From an uncultured Rikenellaceae bacterium (GTDB lineage: Bacteria; Bacteroidota; Bacteroidia; Bacteroidales; VadinHA17), in assembly GCA_964435015.1 (NCBI GenBank), contig CAYSXP010000022.1, positions 1,734 through 65,733 of the forward strand: DNA of 64,000 nt, given 5' to 3'. The position numbers were made by a program, and so were the translations under genes. Shown here piece after piece: positions 19,580-28,155 of this stretch. The notes under the pieces were generated by a model. The model had not been told where the DNA came from and did not search any database. It saw only the letters and a program-made list of their open reading frames with translations. The stretch's first letter is position 1, and each line of letters opens with the position of its first letter.

Positions 19580-20252
19580 ACTATTGGCTGAAGGATCTGT
19601 TGAGGACCGGCTCAAAAAAGCCGCGTCACTGTTTCCGGGGAAAATTATCTTTACAACCAGCTTCGGGATGGAGGACCAGGCAATAAGCCATATTATTTTC
19701 TCAAACTCCATCGACATTGAAGTTGCGACGCTTGACACCGGCAGGCTTTTCCCTGAAACATACAAGGTATTTAACGAGACCCGGAAGAGGTACGATAAAC
19801 CCGTAAGGGTCTTTTTCCCCGATCGCGAAGATGTTGAGGGGATGGTCACTGAGAAAGGCCCGTACAGCTTCTATTATTCAAAGGAGAACAGGCTCGGGTG
19901 CTGCCATATCAGGAAGGTCATTCCCCTGGGCAGGGCACTGGCCGGCAAATCATGCTGGATATCAGGCATCAGGGCCGATCAGTCGGATAGCCGCGGCAAA
20001 ATGCACCAGGTGGAGCATGACGAGGAACGGGATCTGTACAAGTTTTACCCGCTGTTCAACTGGTCGTACAATGAAGTCAGGGAATACGTGAAATCAAACG
20101 ATATTCCTTATAACAGCCTGCACGACAAGGGATTTGTCAGTATCGGCTGTGAGCCGTGTACCAGGGCGATCGGAGAAAACGACGACTTCCGCTCGGGAAG
20201 GTGGTGGTGGGAGAACAGCAACGAAAAGGAGTGCGGGCTGCATTTAAAATAA
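19557..20252 (+). CDS. cysH: adenylylsulfate (APS) reductase, thioredoxin-dependent, Fe-S type
   Basis: 231 aa in the PAPS/APS reductase family. Has the Cys pairs LGCCHIRKVIPL and SIGCEPCT plus a C-terminal ECGLH, the pattern of [4Fe-4S] APS-specific enzymes. Confidence 0.88.
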   Translation: MNLKELTELLAEGSVEDRLKKAASLFPGKIIFTTSFGMEDQAISHIIFSNSIDIEVATLDTGRLFPETYKVFNETRKRYDKPVRVFFPDREDVEGMVTEKGPYSFYYSKENRLGCCHIRKVIPLGRALAGKSCWISGIRADQSDSRGKMHQVEHDEERDLYKFYPLFNWSYNEVREYVKSNDIPYNSLHDKGFVSIGCEPCTRAIGENDDFRSGRWWWENSNEKECGLHLK

Positions 20253-20319
20253 AAGGCCGGGGGAAGGTAAAAGGGAAGACAGTGATATTTTAAATATCGG
20301 CAAATCGGGTGACAAAGCA

Positions 20320-21237
20320 ATGAAGGAGCAGAAATTGGGGATAAATGACAATCATCTCAGGGAGCTTGAGGATGAGGCAATTTTTGTGATGCGTGAAGTT
20401 GCATCGCAGTTTGAAAGGAAAGTAATACTGTTCTCGGGAGGTAAGGATTCGATTGTACTGGTGCATCTGGCAAGAAAGGCTTTCTGGCCGGCCAGGATGC
20501 CATTCAGTCTGTTGCATATTGATACGGGCCACAATTTCGAAGAAACCCTGAAGTTCAGGGATGACCTGGCAGGCGAGCTTGGTGTTGAGCTGATTGTCAG
20601 GCTTGTCCAGGATACGATCGATCAGGGCAGGGTTACCGAGGAAAAGGGAATTAATGCCAGCAGGAACAAGGCCCAGTCGGTCACGCTGCTTGATGCCATC
20701 GGGGAACTAAGGATAGATGTTGCGGTAGGCGGCGGCCGCCGCGATGAAGAAAAGGCCCGGGCCAAGGAGCGGTTCTTCTCGCATCGCAACGAATTCGGCC
20801 AATGGGATCCAAAAAACCAAAGACCGGAACTGTGGAACATATTCAACGGACACAAGAATTTCGGGGAGCATTTCAGGGTATTCCCCATCAGCAACTGGAC
20901 CGAGCTTGATGTATGGCAATATATAATGACGGAGAATATACAGCTTCCCATGCTGTACTATACCCACCGGCGCAAGGTTTTTCTCCGCAACGGGATCTGT
21001 CTCGCATGGGCCCCGTTCATGCAGCTGAAACCGTCTGAAGAGGTCTTTGAAGCCGACATCAGATGCCGGACCATTGGTGATATAACCTGTACCGGAGTCA
21101 CCATGTCGAAAGCCGGATCGCTTGAAGAGATCATTTCGGAAATCGCTGCAACAAGGGTAACGGAAAGGGGCGGAAGGTATGATGACATGCGATCAGAAGC
21201 AGCAATGGAAGACAGGAAAAAGGAAGGTTATTTTTAG
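20320..21237 (+). CDS. cysD: sulfate adenylyltransferase subunit 2
   Basis: 305 aa. LRELEDEAIFVMREV, the FSGGKDS PP-loop and RVTERGGR motifs. Confidence 0.93.
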   Translation: MKEQKLGINDNHLRELEDEAIFVMREVASQFERKVILFSGGKDSIVLVHLARKAFWPARMPFSLLHIDTGHNFEETLKFRDDLAGELGVELIVRLVQDTIDQGRVTEEKGINASRNKAQSVTLLDAIGELRIDVAVGGGRRDEEKARAKERFFSHRNEFGQWDPKNQRPELWNIFNGHKNFGEHFRVFPISNWTELDVWQYIMTENIQLPMLYYTHRRKVFLRNGICLAWAPFMQLKPSEEVFEADIRCRTIGDITCTGVTMSKAGSLEEIISEIAATRVTERGGRYDDMRSEAAMEDRKKEGYF

Positions 21238-21357
21238 CCGTATAATGTCATAACCGGCAGGTTCCGGATAATTCAGCCTGCAATGTTCAATTATCCCCGG
21301 GGTTAAACAGCTGACCGGAAGCATACGGAAATTTTTACTAATCATATCAGTATACAA

Positions 21358-22638
21358 ATGAAACTCAACGGTGAAAACCGGCCCGCCGGGCTGCTCCGAT
21401 TTACGACAGCCGGAAGTGTCGACGACGGGAAAAGCACACTCATCGGCCGTCTTCTTTACGACAGCAAATCCATCTTCGAGGATCAGATGGAACATATCGT
21501 TCAGTCGAGCAAACGGCTCGGCAAGGAGGAAACTGACCTGTCGCTCCTTACCGACGGGCTGAGGGCGGAGAGGGAACAGGGCATCACAATTGACGTTGCA
21601 TACAGGTATTTCGCAACACCGGCCCGGAAATTCATCATTGCCGACACACCCGGCCATATTCAGTACACCAGGAACATGGTGACGGGGGCAAGCACCGCCG
21701 ACCTAGCAGTGATCCTTATTGACTCGAGAAAAGGAGTTGTTGAACAGACAATACGGCACACCTATATCGCCAGCCTTCTCGATATCAGGCATATAATATT
21801 CTGTATCAACAAAATGGATCTTGCCGGATACTCCGGTGATGTATACTTCAGTCTGTGTGACGACCTGAAAAAACTGGGGTCAGGGCTCGGCATCGCGGAT
21901 CTGCACTTCATTCCGATAAGCGCCAAGTATGGCGACAATGTTGTAAGCCCGTCGGATAACATGAAATGGTACGGAGGAAAAACATTCCTCAAGCTGATTG
22001 AAACAATAGAGATCCGGAAAGAAAGGAATTCCGGGCCAGCAAGGTTCCCCGTTCAGACGGTGATCAGGCCCCTTTCATCGGAATATCACGATTACAGGGG
22101 CTATGCAGGCAGGATTGCCAGCGGAGCCTTCTCCCCGGGCGACAGGATCACCGTTCTCCCTTCCGGGATCGAATCGGAAATATCATCCATCATGGTTATG
22201 GGCAAATCCCTTGCAAGGGCCGGAGCAGGTGAATCGGTCACATTGAATCTGAGCGACCAGATAGACATAAGCAGAGGCGACATGATAGTGAAAAAAGGTG
22301 AAATGCCCTCTTCAGGTTCGGATATTAACCTGATGGTCTGCTGGTTCAACGAAAAACCCCTGAAACAGGGCCGGAAGTACCTTATAAGAAACAATATACA
22401 TGAAACCAGCTGCATCGTCAGCTCCATAAATTACCGGATGAACATAAGCAGTCTGGAGAAGGAAACCTCCTGTTCCGATATTTCAATGAATGATATTGCC
22501 AATATCAGCATCAGGACGCCAAAGCCTCTCTTTTACGACTGTTATAAAAATAACAACATAACCGGCAGCATGATCTTCATTGAAGAAGGCACCAATGAAA
22601 CTGTTGGAGCAGGAATGATTTGTGACCAATATAATTAA
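21358..22638 (+). CDS. cysN: sulfate adenylyltransferase subunit 1 (GTPase), no fused APS-kinase domain
   Basis: 426 aa. GTPase G1 motif GSVDDGKST and the DTPGH motif. The length excludes a C-terminal CysC fusion. Confidence 0.92.
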   Translation: MKLNGENRPAGLLRFTTAGSVDDGKSTLIGRLLYDSKSIFEDQMEHIVQSSKRLGKEETDLSLLTDGLRAEREQGITIDVAYRYFATPARKFIIADTPGHIQYTRNMVTGASTADLAVILIDSRKGVVEQTIRHTYIASLLDIRHIIFCINKMDLAGYSGDVYFSLCDDLKKLGSGLGIADLHFIPISAKYGDNVVSPSDNMKWYGGKTFLKLIETIEIRKERNSGPARFPVQTVIRPLSSEYHDYRGYAGRIASGAFSPGDRITVLPSGIESEISSIMVMGKSLARAGAGESVTLNLSDQIDISRGDMIVKKGEMPSSGSDINLMVCWFNEKPLKQGRKYLIRNNIHETSCIVSSINYRMNISSLEKETSCSDISMNDIANISIRTPKPLFYDCYKNNNITGSMIFIEEGTNETVGAGMICDQYN

Positions 22639-22643
22639 TTTTG
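22636..22643 (+). promoter_or_regulatory. candidate internal -7 promoter box (TAnnTTTG)
   Basis: TAATTTTG overlaps the cysN stop, 31 nt upstream of the ATG at 22674. Confidence 0.3.
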
Positions 22644-22673
22644 CACAAATCATATTTATTGCAGCACTGATCC

Positions 22674-23810
22674 ATGAAGTTTGAAACAAAAGCCATCTGG
22701 GCCGGACAGGAAGCCGACCCCGCCACAGGTGCAACCATCCTTCCTATCTATCAGACCTCCACTTTCGCCCGGGAAGAGGCAGACAAGCCCGGCGGGTATG
22801 AGTATTCACGGGCAGGCAATCCGACACGGACGGCCCTTGACAAATGCCTGGCATCGCTTGAGGAGGGCAGTCATGCCCTGTCATTTTCTTCAGGGATGGC
22901 TGCGGAGCATGCTGTATTTTCCCTTCTGCGCCCTGGTGATCATGTAATTGTTCCTGAAGACATGTACGGCGGAACATACCGCCTGATAAAGGAGATCCTC
23001 GAACCGTCGGGTATCGCTTTCACCTTCGCCGTCTACGAAACCGCTGATTCATTGTTGAGCTCCTTTCAGCCGGCTACCAGGATGGTCTGGATCGAGACGC
23101 CCACAAACCCCCTGCTTAAAATATTTGACATCGGAGCAATTGCTAAAACAGCAAGGGATCGGGGCGCGCTGACGGTGGTCGATAACACCTTTGCTTCTCC
23201 GTTTTTTCAGAAGCCTCTCCTGCCGGGTGCTGATATTGTCGTTCACAGCACCACCAAATACATCAACGGGCACTCTGATGTGATAGGCGGGGCGGTGATA
23301 CTGAATGATACGGCTGTATATGAAAGGATACGGCTCGTACAGAAATCTGTGGGGGCCGTTCCCTCTCCCTTCGATTCATGGCTCACATTGCGGGGGCTGA
23401 AGACCCTTGCCGTAAGAATGAGGCAGCATGAGCTGAATGCATTTGCAGTGGCCCGTTTCCTGAAAAACAGACCCGGGGTCACAGAAGTGTTTTATCCCGG
23501 ACTGGAAGATCATCCCGGTCATGCCATTGCAAAAAAGCAGATGTCGGGATTTGGCGGGGTGGTATCGTTCAGGATGGAAGGCAGCCTGAACGAAGCAAAC
23601 GCATTCTTCAGGAAACTGAAAATATTTCAGCTGGCCGACAGCCTGGGAGGTGTTGAATCGCTGGCAAATTATCCTGCAATTATGACCCACGGGGCCTTTC
23701 CTCCTGCTCTCAGAAAGAAGATCGGGGTTACAGACAACCTGATCCGCCTGTCGGTCGGGATCGAACATATTGATGATCTTATTGTTGATCTTGATAATGC
23801 ACTCAAATAA
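22674..23810 (+). CDS. Cys/Met-metabolism PLP-dependent enzyme (cystathionine gamma-lyase / gamma-synthase / beta-lyase family)
   Basis: 378 aa. YEYSRAGNPTR and the PLP-lysine region STTKYINGHSD. The exact reaction cannot be told from sequence alone. Confidence 0.88.
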   Translation: MKFETKAIWAGQEADPATGATILPIYQTSTFAREEADKPGGYEYSRAGNPTRTALDKCLASLEEGSHALSFSSGMAAEHAVFSLLRPGDHVIVPEDMYGGTYRLIKEILEPSGIAFTFAVYETADSLLSSFQPATRMVWIETPTNPLLKIFDIGAIAKTARDRGALTVVDNTFASPFFQKPLLPGADIVVHSTTKYINGHSDVIGGAVILNDTAVYERIRLVQKSVGAVPSPFDSWLTLRGLKTLAVRMRQHELNAFAVARFLKNRPGVTEVFYPGLEDHPGHAIAKKQMSGFGGVVSFRMEGSLNEANAFFRKLKIFQLADSLGGVESLANYPAIMTHGAFPPALRKKIGVTDNLIRLSVGIEHIDDLIVDLDNALK

Positions 23811-23816
23811 CAATTC

Positions 23817-24584
23817 ATGTTGATCATTCCGAATAAAAAAAGTGTTGAAATATCCGTAAAAAAAGTATTCAGGACTTTATTTCCATTCACGGAGGCTCTT
23901 ACGGAGCCATTTGTTGATACCGGCTGTAAAACGGTAAGGGATCTGCTTGCGCTGATCTTCAAAGGGCTGACCCCGGATACCGTTGATTTGACTGATCAGT
24001 TCATGGGTAAAATGCCTGACATAAAGACAATCCTGCTAAGGGATGCATCCTTTATGTTTGAGTCCGACCCGGCTGCAAGGAGGCTCGAGGAGGTTATTGC
24101 CATCTATCCGGGTTTTTTTGCGATATATTGTTACCGGATCGCCCATGAGCTTGACATGTTGTCGGTTCCGCTGCTGCCCAGGATGATCACTGAGTATGCC
24201 CATAAGATTACGGGCATTGACATTCATCCGGGTGCAGTGATAGGCACGCCTTTTTCGATTGATCACGGAACAGGGATAGTTATCGGTGAAACGACCATCA
24301 TAGGGAACCATGTAAAAATATACCAGGGAGTAACCCTTGGCGCGCTGAGTGTCGACAAAAGCAAGGCTTCCAGGAAGAGGCATCCGACAATTGAGGACAA
24401 TGTGATACTGTATGCCGGCTGCACCATTCTGGGAGGCAATACCGTTGTGGGCCATCACAGCATCATTGGCGGCAATGTATGGCTCACCGAGAGCATTTCC
24501 CCGTTTTCCGTAGTATATCACAAGAGTGAAATAATAGTAAAAGGGAAGAATGATTCCCCCGAAGGCTACAATTTCATAATTTAA
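23817..24584 (+). CDS. cysE: serine O-acetyltransferase
   Basis: 255 aa. Has an SATase N-terminal region (DPAARRLEEVIAIYPGFFAIYCYRIAHEL) followed by hexapeptide repeats (GIDIHPGAVIG..IDHGTGIVIGET). Confidence 0.85.
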   Translation: MLIIPNKKSVEISVKKVFRTLFPFTEALTEPFVDTGCKTVRDLLALIFKGLTPDTVDLTDQFMGKMPDIKTILLRDASFMFESDPAARRLEEVIAIYPGFFAIYCYRIAHELDMLSVPLLPRMITEYAHKITGIDIHPGAVIGTPFSIDHGTGIVIGETTIIGNHVKIYQGVTLGALSVDKSKASRKRHPTIEDNVILYAGCTILGGNTVVGHHSIIGGNVWLTESISPFSVVYHKSEIIVKGKNDSPEGYNFII

Positions 24585-24604
24585 TCCGTTATTAGCTGAA
24601 TTCC

Positions 24605-25516
24605 ATGAAAGCAAATTCAATTCTTGAACTGATAGGAAATACCCCGCATGTCAGAATAAACCGCCTGTTCGGTGAAGGATCCGAAGTATGGCTCAAGCTT
24701 GAAAGATCAAATCCGGGCGGAAGCATCAAGGACCGCATTGCGCTGGCCATGATTGAGGATGCCGAGGCGAAAGGGCTGCTCATGCCGGGAAGTGTCATTA
24801 TTGAACCCACCTCAGGCAATACCGGGATCGGGCTGGCCATGGTGGCAGCCGTGAAAGGCTACAGTATCATCCTGGTCATGCCCGAGTCAATGTCGCCCGA
24901 AAGGCGAAAGATAATGAGCGCCTATGGTGCACAGTTCATTCTTACTCCCCGGGAAAAGGGGATGAAGGGTGCCATTGAGCGGTCGAGGCAGCTGAGGGAT
25001 GAAATTCCCGGGTCGTGGATACCGATGCAGTTTGACAATCCGGCAAACTCCGGGATCCACCAGACCGCCACGGCCATGGAGATCCTCCGCGATTTTCCCG
25101 AAGGCATCGATTACATGTTTGCCGGCGTTGGAACCGGAGGGCATCTTACGGGATGCGCCCGGCAGCTGAAAAAGGAGTTCCCCGGCCTGAAAGTTTTTGC
25201 CGTTGAGCCGGAATTGTCGCCCATACTCAGCGGCGGCACACCCGGTCCCCACCCCATTCAGGGTATAGGGGCAGGATTCGTGCCATCCATTCTCGACACT
25301 TCTCTGATAGATGAAATAATCAAGGTGGGAAAGGAGGAATCGTACAGGTTTGCCAGGAGGGCAGCCAGGGATGAAGGATTGTTTGCCGGAATCTCAACCG
25401 GTGCGGTTCTTGCTGCCGTCAGCCAGGTCTTCGATGATCTGAAGCCGGGATCCAGAATACTGGTTTTCTGCTACGATACGGGTGAAAGATATTTATCCGT
25501 AGATGAATTGTATTGA
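24605..25516 (+). CDS. cysK: cysteine synthase A (O-acetylserine sulfhydrylase)
   Basis: 303 aa. [13 protein letters not shown] and the [17 protein letters not shown]-lysine motif, plus [10 protein letters not shown]. Confidence 0.93.
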   Translation: MKANSILELIGNTPHVRINRLFGEGSEVWLKLERSNPGGSIKDRIALAMIEDAEAKGLLMPGSVIIEPTSGNTGIGLAMVAAVKGYSIILVMPESMSPERRKIMSAYGAQFILTPREKGMKGAIERSRQLRDEIPGSWIPMQFDNPANSGIHQTATAMEILRDFPEGIDYMFAGVGTGGHLTGCARQLKKEFPGLKVFAVEPELSPILSGGTPGPHPIQGIGAGFVPSILDTSLIDEIIKVGKEESYRFARRAARDEGLFAGISTGAVLAAVSQVFDDLKPGSRILVFCYDTGERYLSVDELY

Positions 25517-25595
25517 AATTATTTTCATTTTTCTCCGTTAGCCTGATGATACCTTCCGGAAAAGCAGGTAAAAGAATAAATGAAAGAGTTCTGAA

Positions 25596-25736
25596 ATGAG
25601 ATTACGAATTAACCGGCTTCGCATCGCGCTTGTAGTGATTACAGTGCTGCTGGCGGTGAGCAGTTGCGCCACCCGGAGCAGGCACACGAAGATCCGCGCG
25701 GTCCCGTGCCCGTGTGAAACCCGGAACCGGAGATGA
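25596..25736 (+). CDS. possible 46-aa lipoprotein, below the ORF-track size cutoff
   Basis: Hand translation: MRLRINRLRIALVVITVLLAVSSCATRSRHTKIRAVPCPCETRNRR, with a stop at 25734-25736. It has a basic n-region, a hydrophobic core and a lipobox-like AVSSC. No homology evidence. Confidence 0.25.
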   Translation: MRLRINRLRIALVVITVLLAVSSCATRSRHTKIRAVPCPCETRNRR

Positions 25737-25775
25737 ACCGCGGCCCCTCAGCCTGCTGCATCCGGCACAGCCGGT

Positions 25776-26852
25776 TCAGATGATGATGTTTTCATCAAAC
25801 AGCAGCAGCTGGCGGTCATTGCGGTCGTCGCTTTCAAGATTCGAGACAGTGACCCCGAGGAGCCTTATCCTGCATCCCTCCAGCTCCATCGATTTCCTTA
25901 TGGCGGTCACCTCTTTGTGAAGGGTGTCAAAATCACGGATAAACCCCGGCAATGTCCTGCTCCGTGTTATCTGCCTGAAATCTGAGAACTTCACCTTCAC
26001 CGTTACGGTTCTTCCGGTGGTGCCGGCATTTTTCAGGCGCTCCATAAGTTCCTTTTCCACCCTGTACAGCTCAGCTATGATCCCGAACCGGCTCGTCAGG
26101 TCCTTTTCGTAGGTAACCTCCGTCCCAACCGATTTGCGTTCAGCAGAGGCTTCAACCGGACGGTCATCAATTCCCCTGGCAATATCATGGTAAAACCTGC
26201 CTGCCTTGCCGAAATTCCTGATAAGGAAGAGAAGGTCCAGTTTCCTGAGATCGGCTCCTTTGTGAATGCCGAGCCTGTGCATTTTCTCTGCTGTCACCCT
26301 GCCGATCCCGAAAAATTTCCCGACAGGGAGTTCGTCAATGAAGCCGGCGGCATCATCGGGTGAAATAAGGAAGATGCCGTCAGGTTTGCGGATGTCGGAT
26401 GCCATCTTGGCAAGGAATTTATTGTATGAAATGCCGGCCGAAGCTGTAAGGCCGGTCCTGTTTCTTATCTCATCCTTCACGGCACGTGCTGTCAGCGTGG
26501 CCGAGCCTATTCCCTTTTTATCCTCAGTTACGTCGAGGAAGGCTTCATCTATTGAAAGCGGCTCCACCCTGTCGGTATATTCCCTGAAGATGCCGAAGAT
26601 GATCCCGGAAATCTCCTCGTATCTTTCAAACCGGTGGGGGACAAAAATAAGACCGGGGCACAGGCGCCGGGCCGTAAGTGACGGCATTGCCGAGCGTACT
26701 CCGAATTTCCGTGCCTCATAGCTGGCAGCGGCAACAACATGGCGCTGGCCGCTTCCCCCGACAGCCACGGGCTTTCCTCTCAGTTCCGGATTATCGAGCT
26801 GCTCAATTGATGCAAAAAAAGCATCCATGTCGATATGGATGATCTTCCTCAC
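25776..26852 (-). CDS. dinB: DNA polymerase IV (Y-family translesion polymerase)
   Basis: The RKIIHIDMDAFFASIEQ N-terminus is diagnostic. The ORF-track start at 26870 is a TTG. The GTG at 26852 would give the canonical MRKIIHIDMD N-terminus, so the start is uncertain by 18 nt. Confidence 0.9.
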   Translation of the reverse strand: MRKIIHIDMDAFFASIEQLDNPELRGKPVAVGGSGQRHVVAAASYEARKFGVRSAMPSLTARRLCPGLIFVPHRFERYEEISGIIFGIFREYTDRVEPLSIDEAFLDVTEDKKGIGSATLTARAVKDEIRNRTGLTASAGISYNKFLAKMASDIRKPDGIFLISPDDAAGFIDELPVGKFFGIGRVTAEKMHRLGIHKGADLRKLDLLFLIRNFGKAGRFYHDIARGIDDRPVEASAERKSVGTEVTYEKDLTSRFGIIAELYRVEKELMERLKNAGTTGRTVTVKVKFSDFRQITRSRTLPGFIRDFDTLHKEVTAIRKSMELEGCRIRLLGVTVSNLESDDRNDRQLLLFDENIII

Positions 26853-26924
26853 TTGTTCTCGGTATAGCAATAAAGAAAATCAGCAGAAAAATGTCCTGGT
26901 CAGGTCTCTCCTCCGCGTGAGGGT

Positions 26925-27881
26925 TCAGGAATCCGGCCCGTCCATCCAGGCGACTTTCTGTTCCGGAACATGGTCTTTTCCGAGAATGCTGCGGTACAGT
27001 TCGGGCCGGCGGGCCCTCGTATACCTGTAACCGCCGGCCAGGGTGAGCTTGTCGGAAGTAACTGTTGCGGAAACGAGATCATCGCCGAGGGTCCTGCATT
27101 CCGCCATGATGTTTCCGAACGGATCAATTATCATTGCACAACCATTCTTCAACTGGTCATCATCCATACCTACCGGGTTGGAAAAGACAACATATATACC
27201 GTTATCATGAGCCCTTGAAGGAAGCCATTTCATGAGCCATTCCCTCCCCTTGGGACCGTCAAATTCAGCTCTGAGCGCTTCCGGGTTCCCGGCCCTGTTC
27301 TTCCAGAGTTCAGGATCAACAAACCCCGAACCGGGCCTGGGCGACGGGGTGCACATGGTAACATGCGGCATGAAAATAATCTCTGCGCCAAGCAGGGCCG
27401 TGGCCCTCACATTTTCAACCACATTGTTGTCGTAGCATATCAGGATCCCGCATTTCCATCCCGCAATATCAAAAACAGTATACCTGTCGCCCGGGGTGAT
27501 ATATGGATTGATAAATGGATGGATCTTCCTGTGGCAGGCAATAAGGCCATTGCCGTCGACACACACATAGGCCTTGTAGATCCTGCCGGCCTCATCTTTT
27601 TCAAACAGTCCGGCGAGCACCGTGATTCTTAACCTTGATGCAATACCGGCTAGTTTCGAAACGCTCTCCCCGGCAGGAACGGGTTCGGCCAGGTCGAGCA
27701 TCTGCTCCCTGCTGAGATTCCTGGCAAAGGTATAGCCCGTGACGGAGCATTCATGAAAGGCAATGACGCCGGAGCCGGCCGCCGCCGCTTTTGCAGCCAG
27801 TGTTTCAATAACTGAAAGATTGTACTTCTTGTCGCCGCTTCTGTTCTCAAACTGGGCTGTGGAAATCATTAAGGGGTCCAT
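26925..27881 (-). CDS. carbon-nitrogen hydrolase (nitrilase superfamily)
   Basis: 318 aa. Has the candidate Glu-Lys-Cys triad contexts AFHECSVTGY, HRKIHPF and ILICYDNN. Confidence 0.82.
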   Translation of the reverse strand: MDPLMISTAQFENRSGDKKYNLSVIETLAAKAAAAGSGVIAFHECSVTGYTFARNLSREQMLDLAEPVPAGESVSKLAGIASRLRITVLAGLFEKDEAGRIYKAYVCVDGNGLIACHRKIHPFINPYITPGDRYTVFDIAGWKCGILICYDNNVVENVRATALLGAEIIFMPHVTMCTPSPRPGSGFVDPELWKNRAGNPEALRAEFDGPKGREWLMKWLPSRAHDNGIYVVFSNPVGMDDDQLKNGCAMIIDPFGNIMAECRTLGDDLVSATVTSDKLTLAGGYRYTRARRPELYRSILGKDHVPEQKVAWMDGPDS

Positions 27882-28155
27882 CTGATCCGGTATTATTCAG
27901 GCAATTTCAATATAAGCAATCATCTGGCGCAAAGCACATCAGCAGGAAACTGATCCCGGGCCTGCAGCCATACGTAATTAAGATGCAAAGATGTACGGCC
28001 GGGATCTGCCGGGGGCAGGCAGAAGCAGCCGCAGGCAAACCCGGCTGAACCGTGTCCGCATATTATCCGGCTGCCTCCGGCCCTGATTTCCCGGAGCCGG
28101 TCAGGCAGGGCCGGCCATCAATCTTATAAGCAGTCGCAGCTGATATTCAGAAAAC

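Noticed and set aside
27882-28155. GC-rich 274-nt spacer between hydA and the CN-hydrolase gene, examined for repeats, a terminator or a small gene
   Set aside because: I found only short imperfect complementarities. There is no clear stem-loop with a U-tract, no repeat unit and no plausible ORF.
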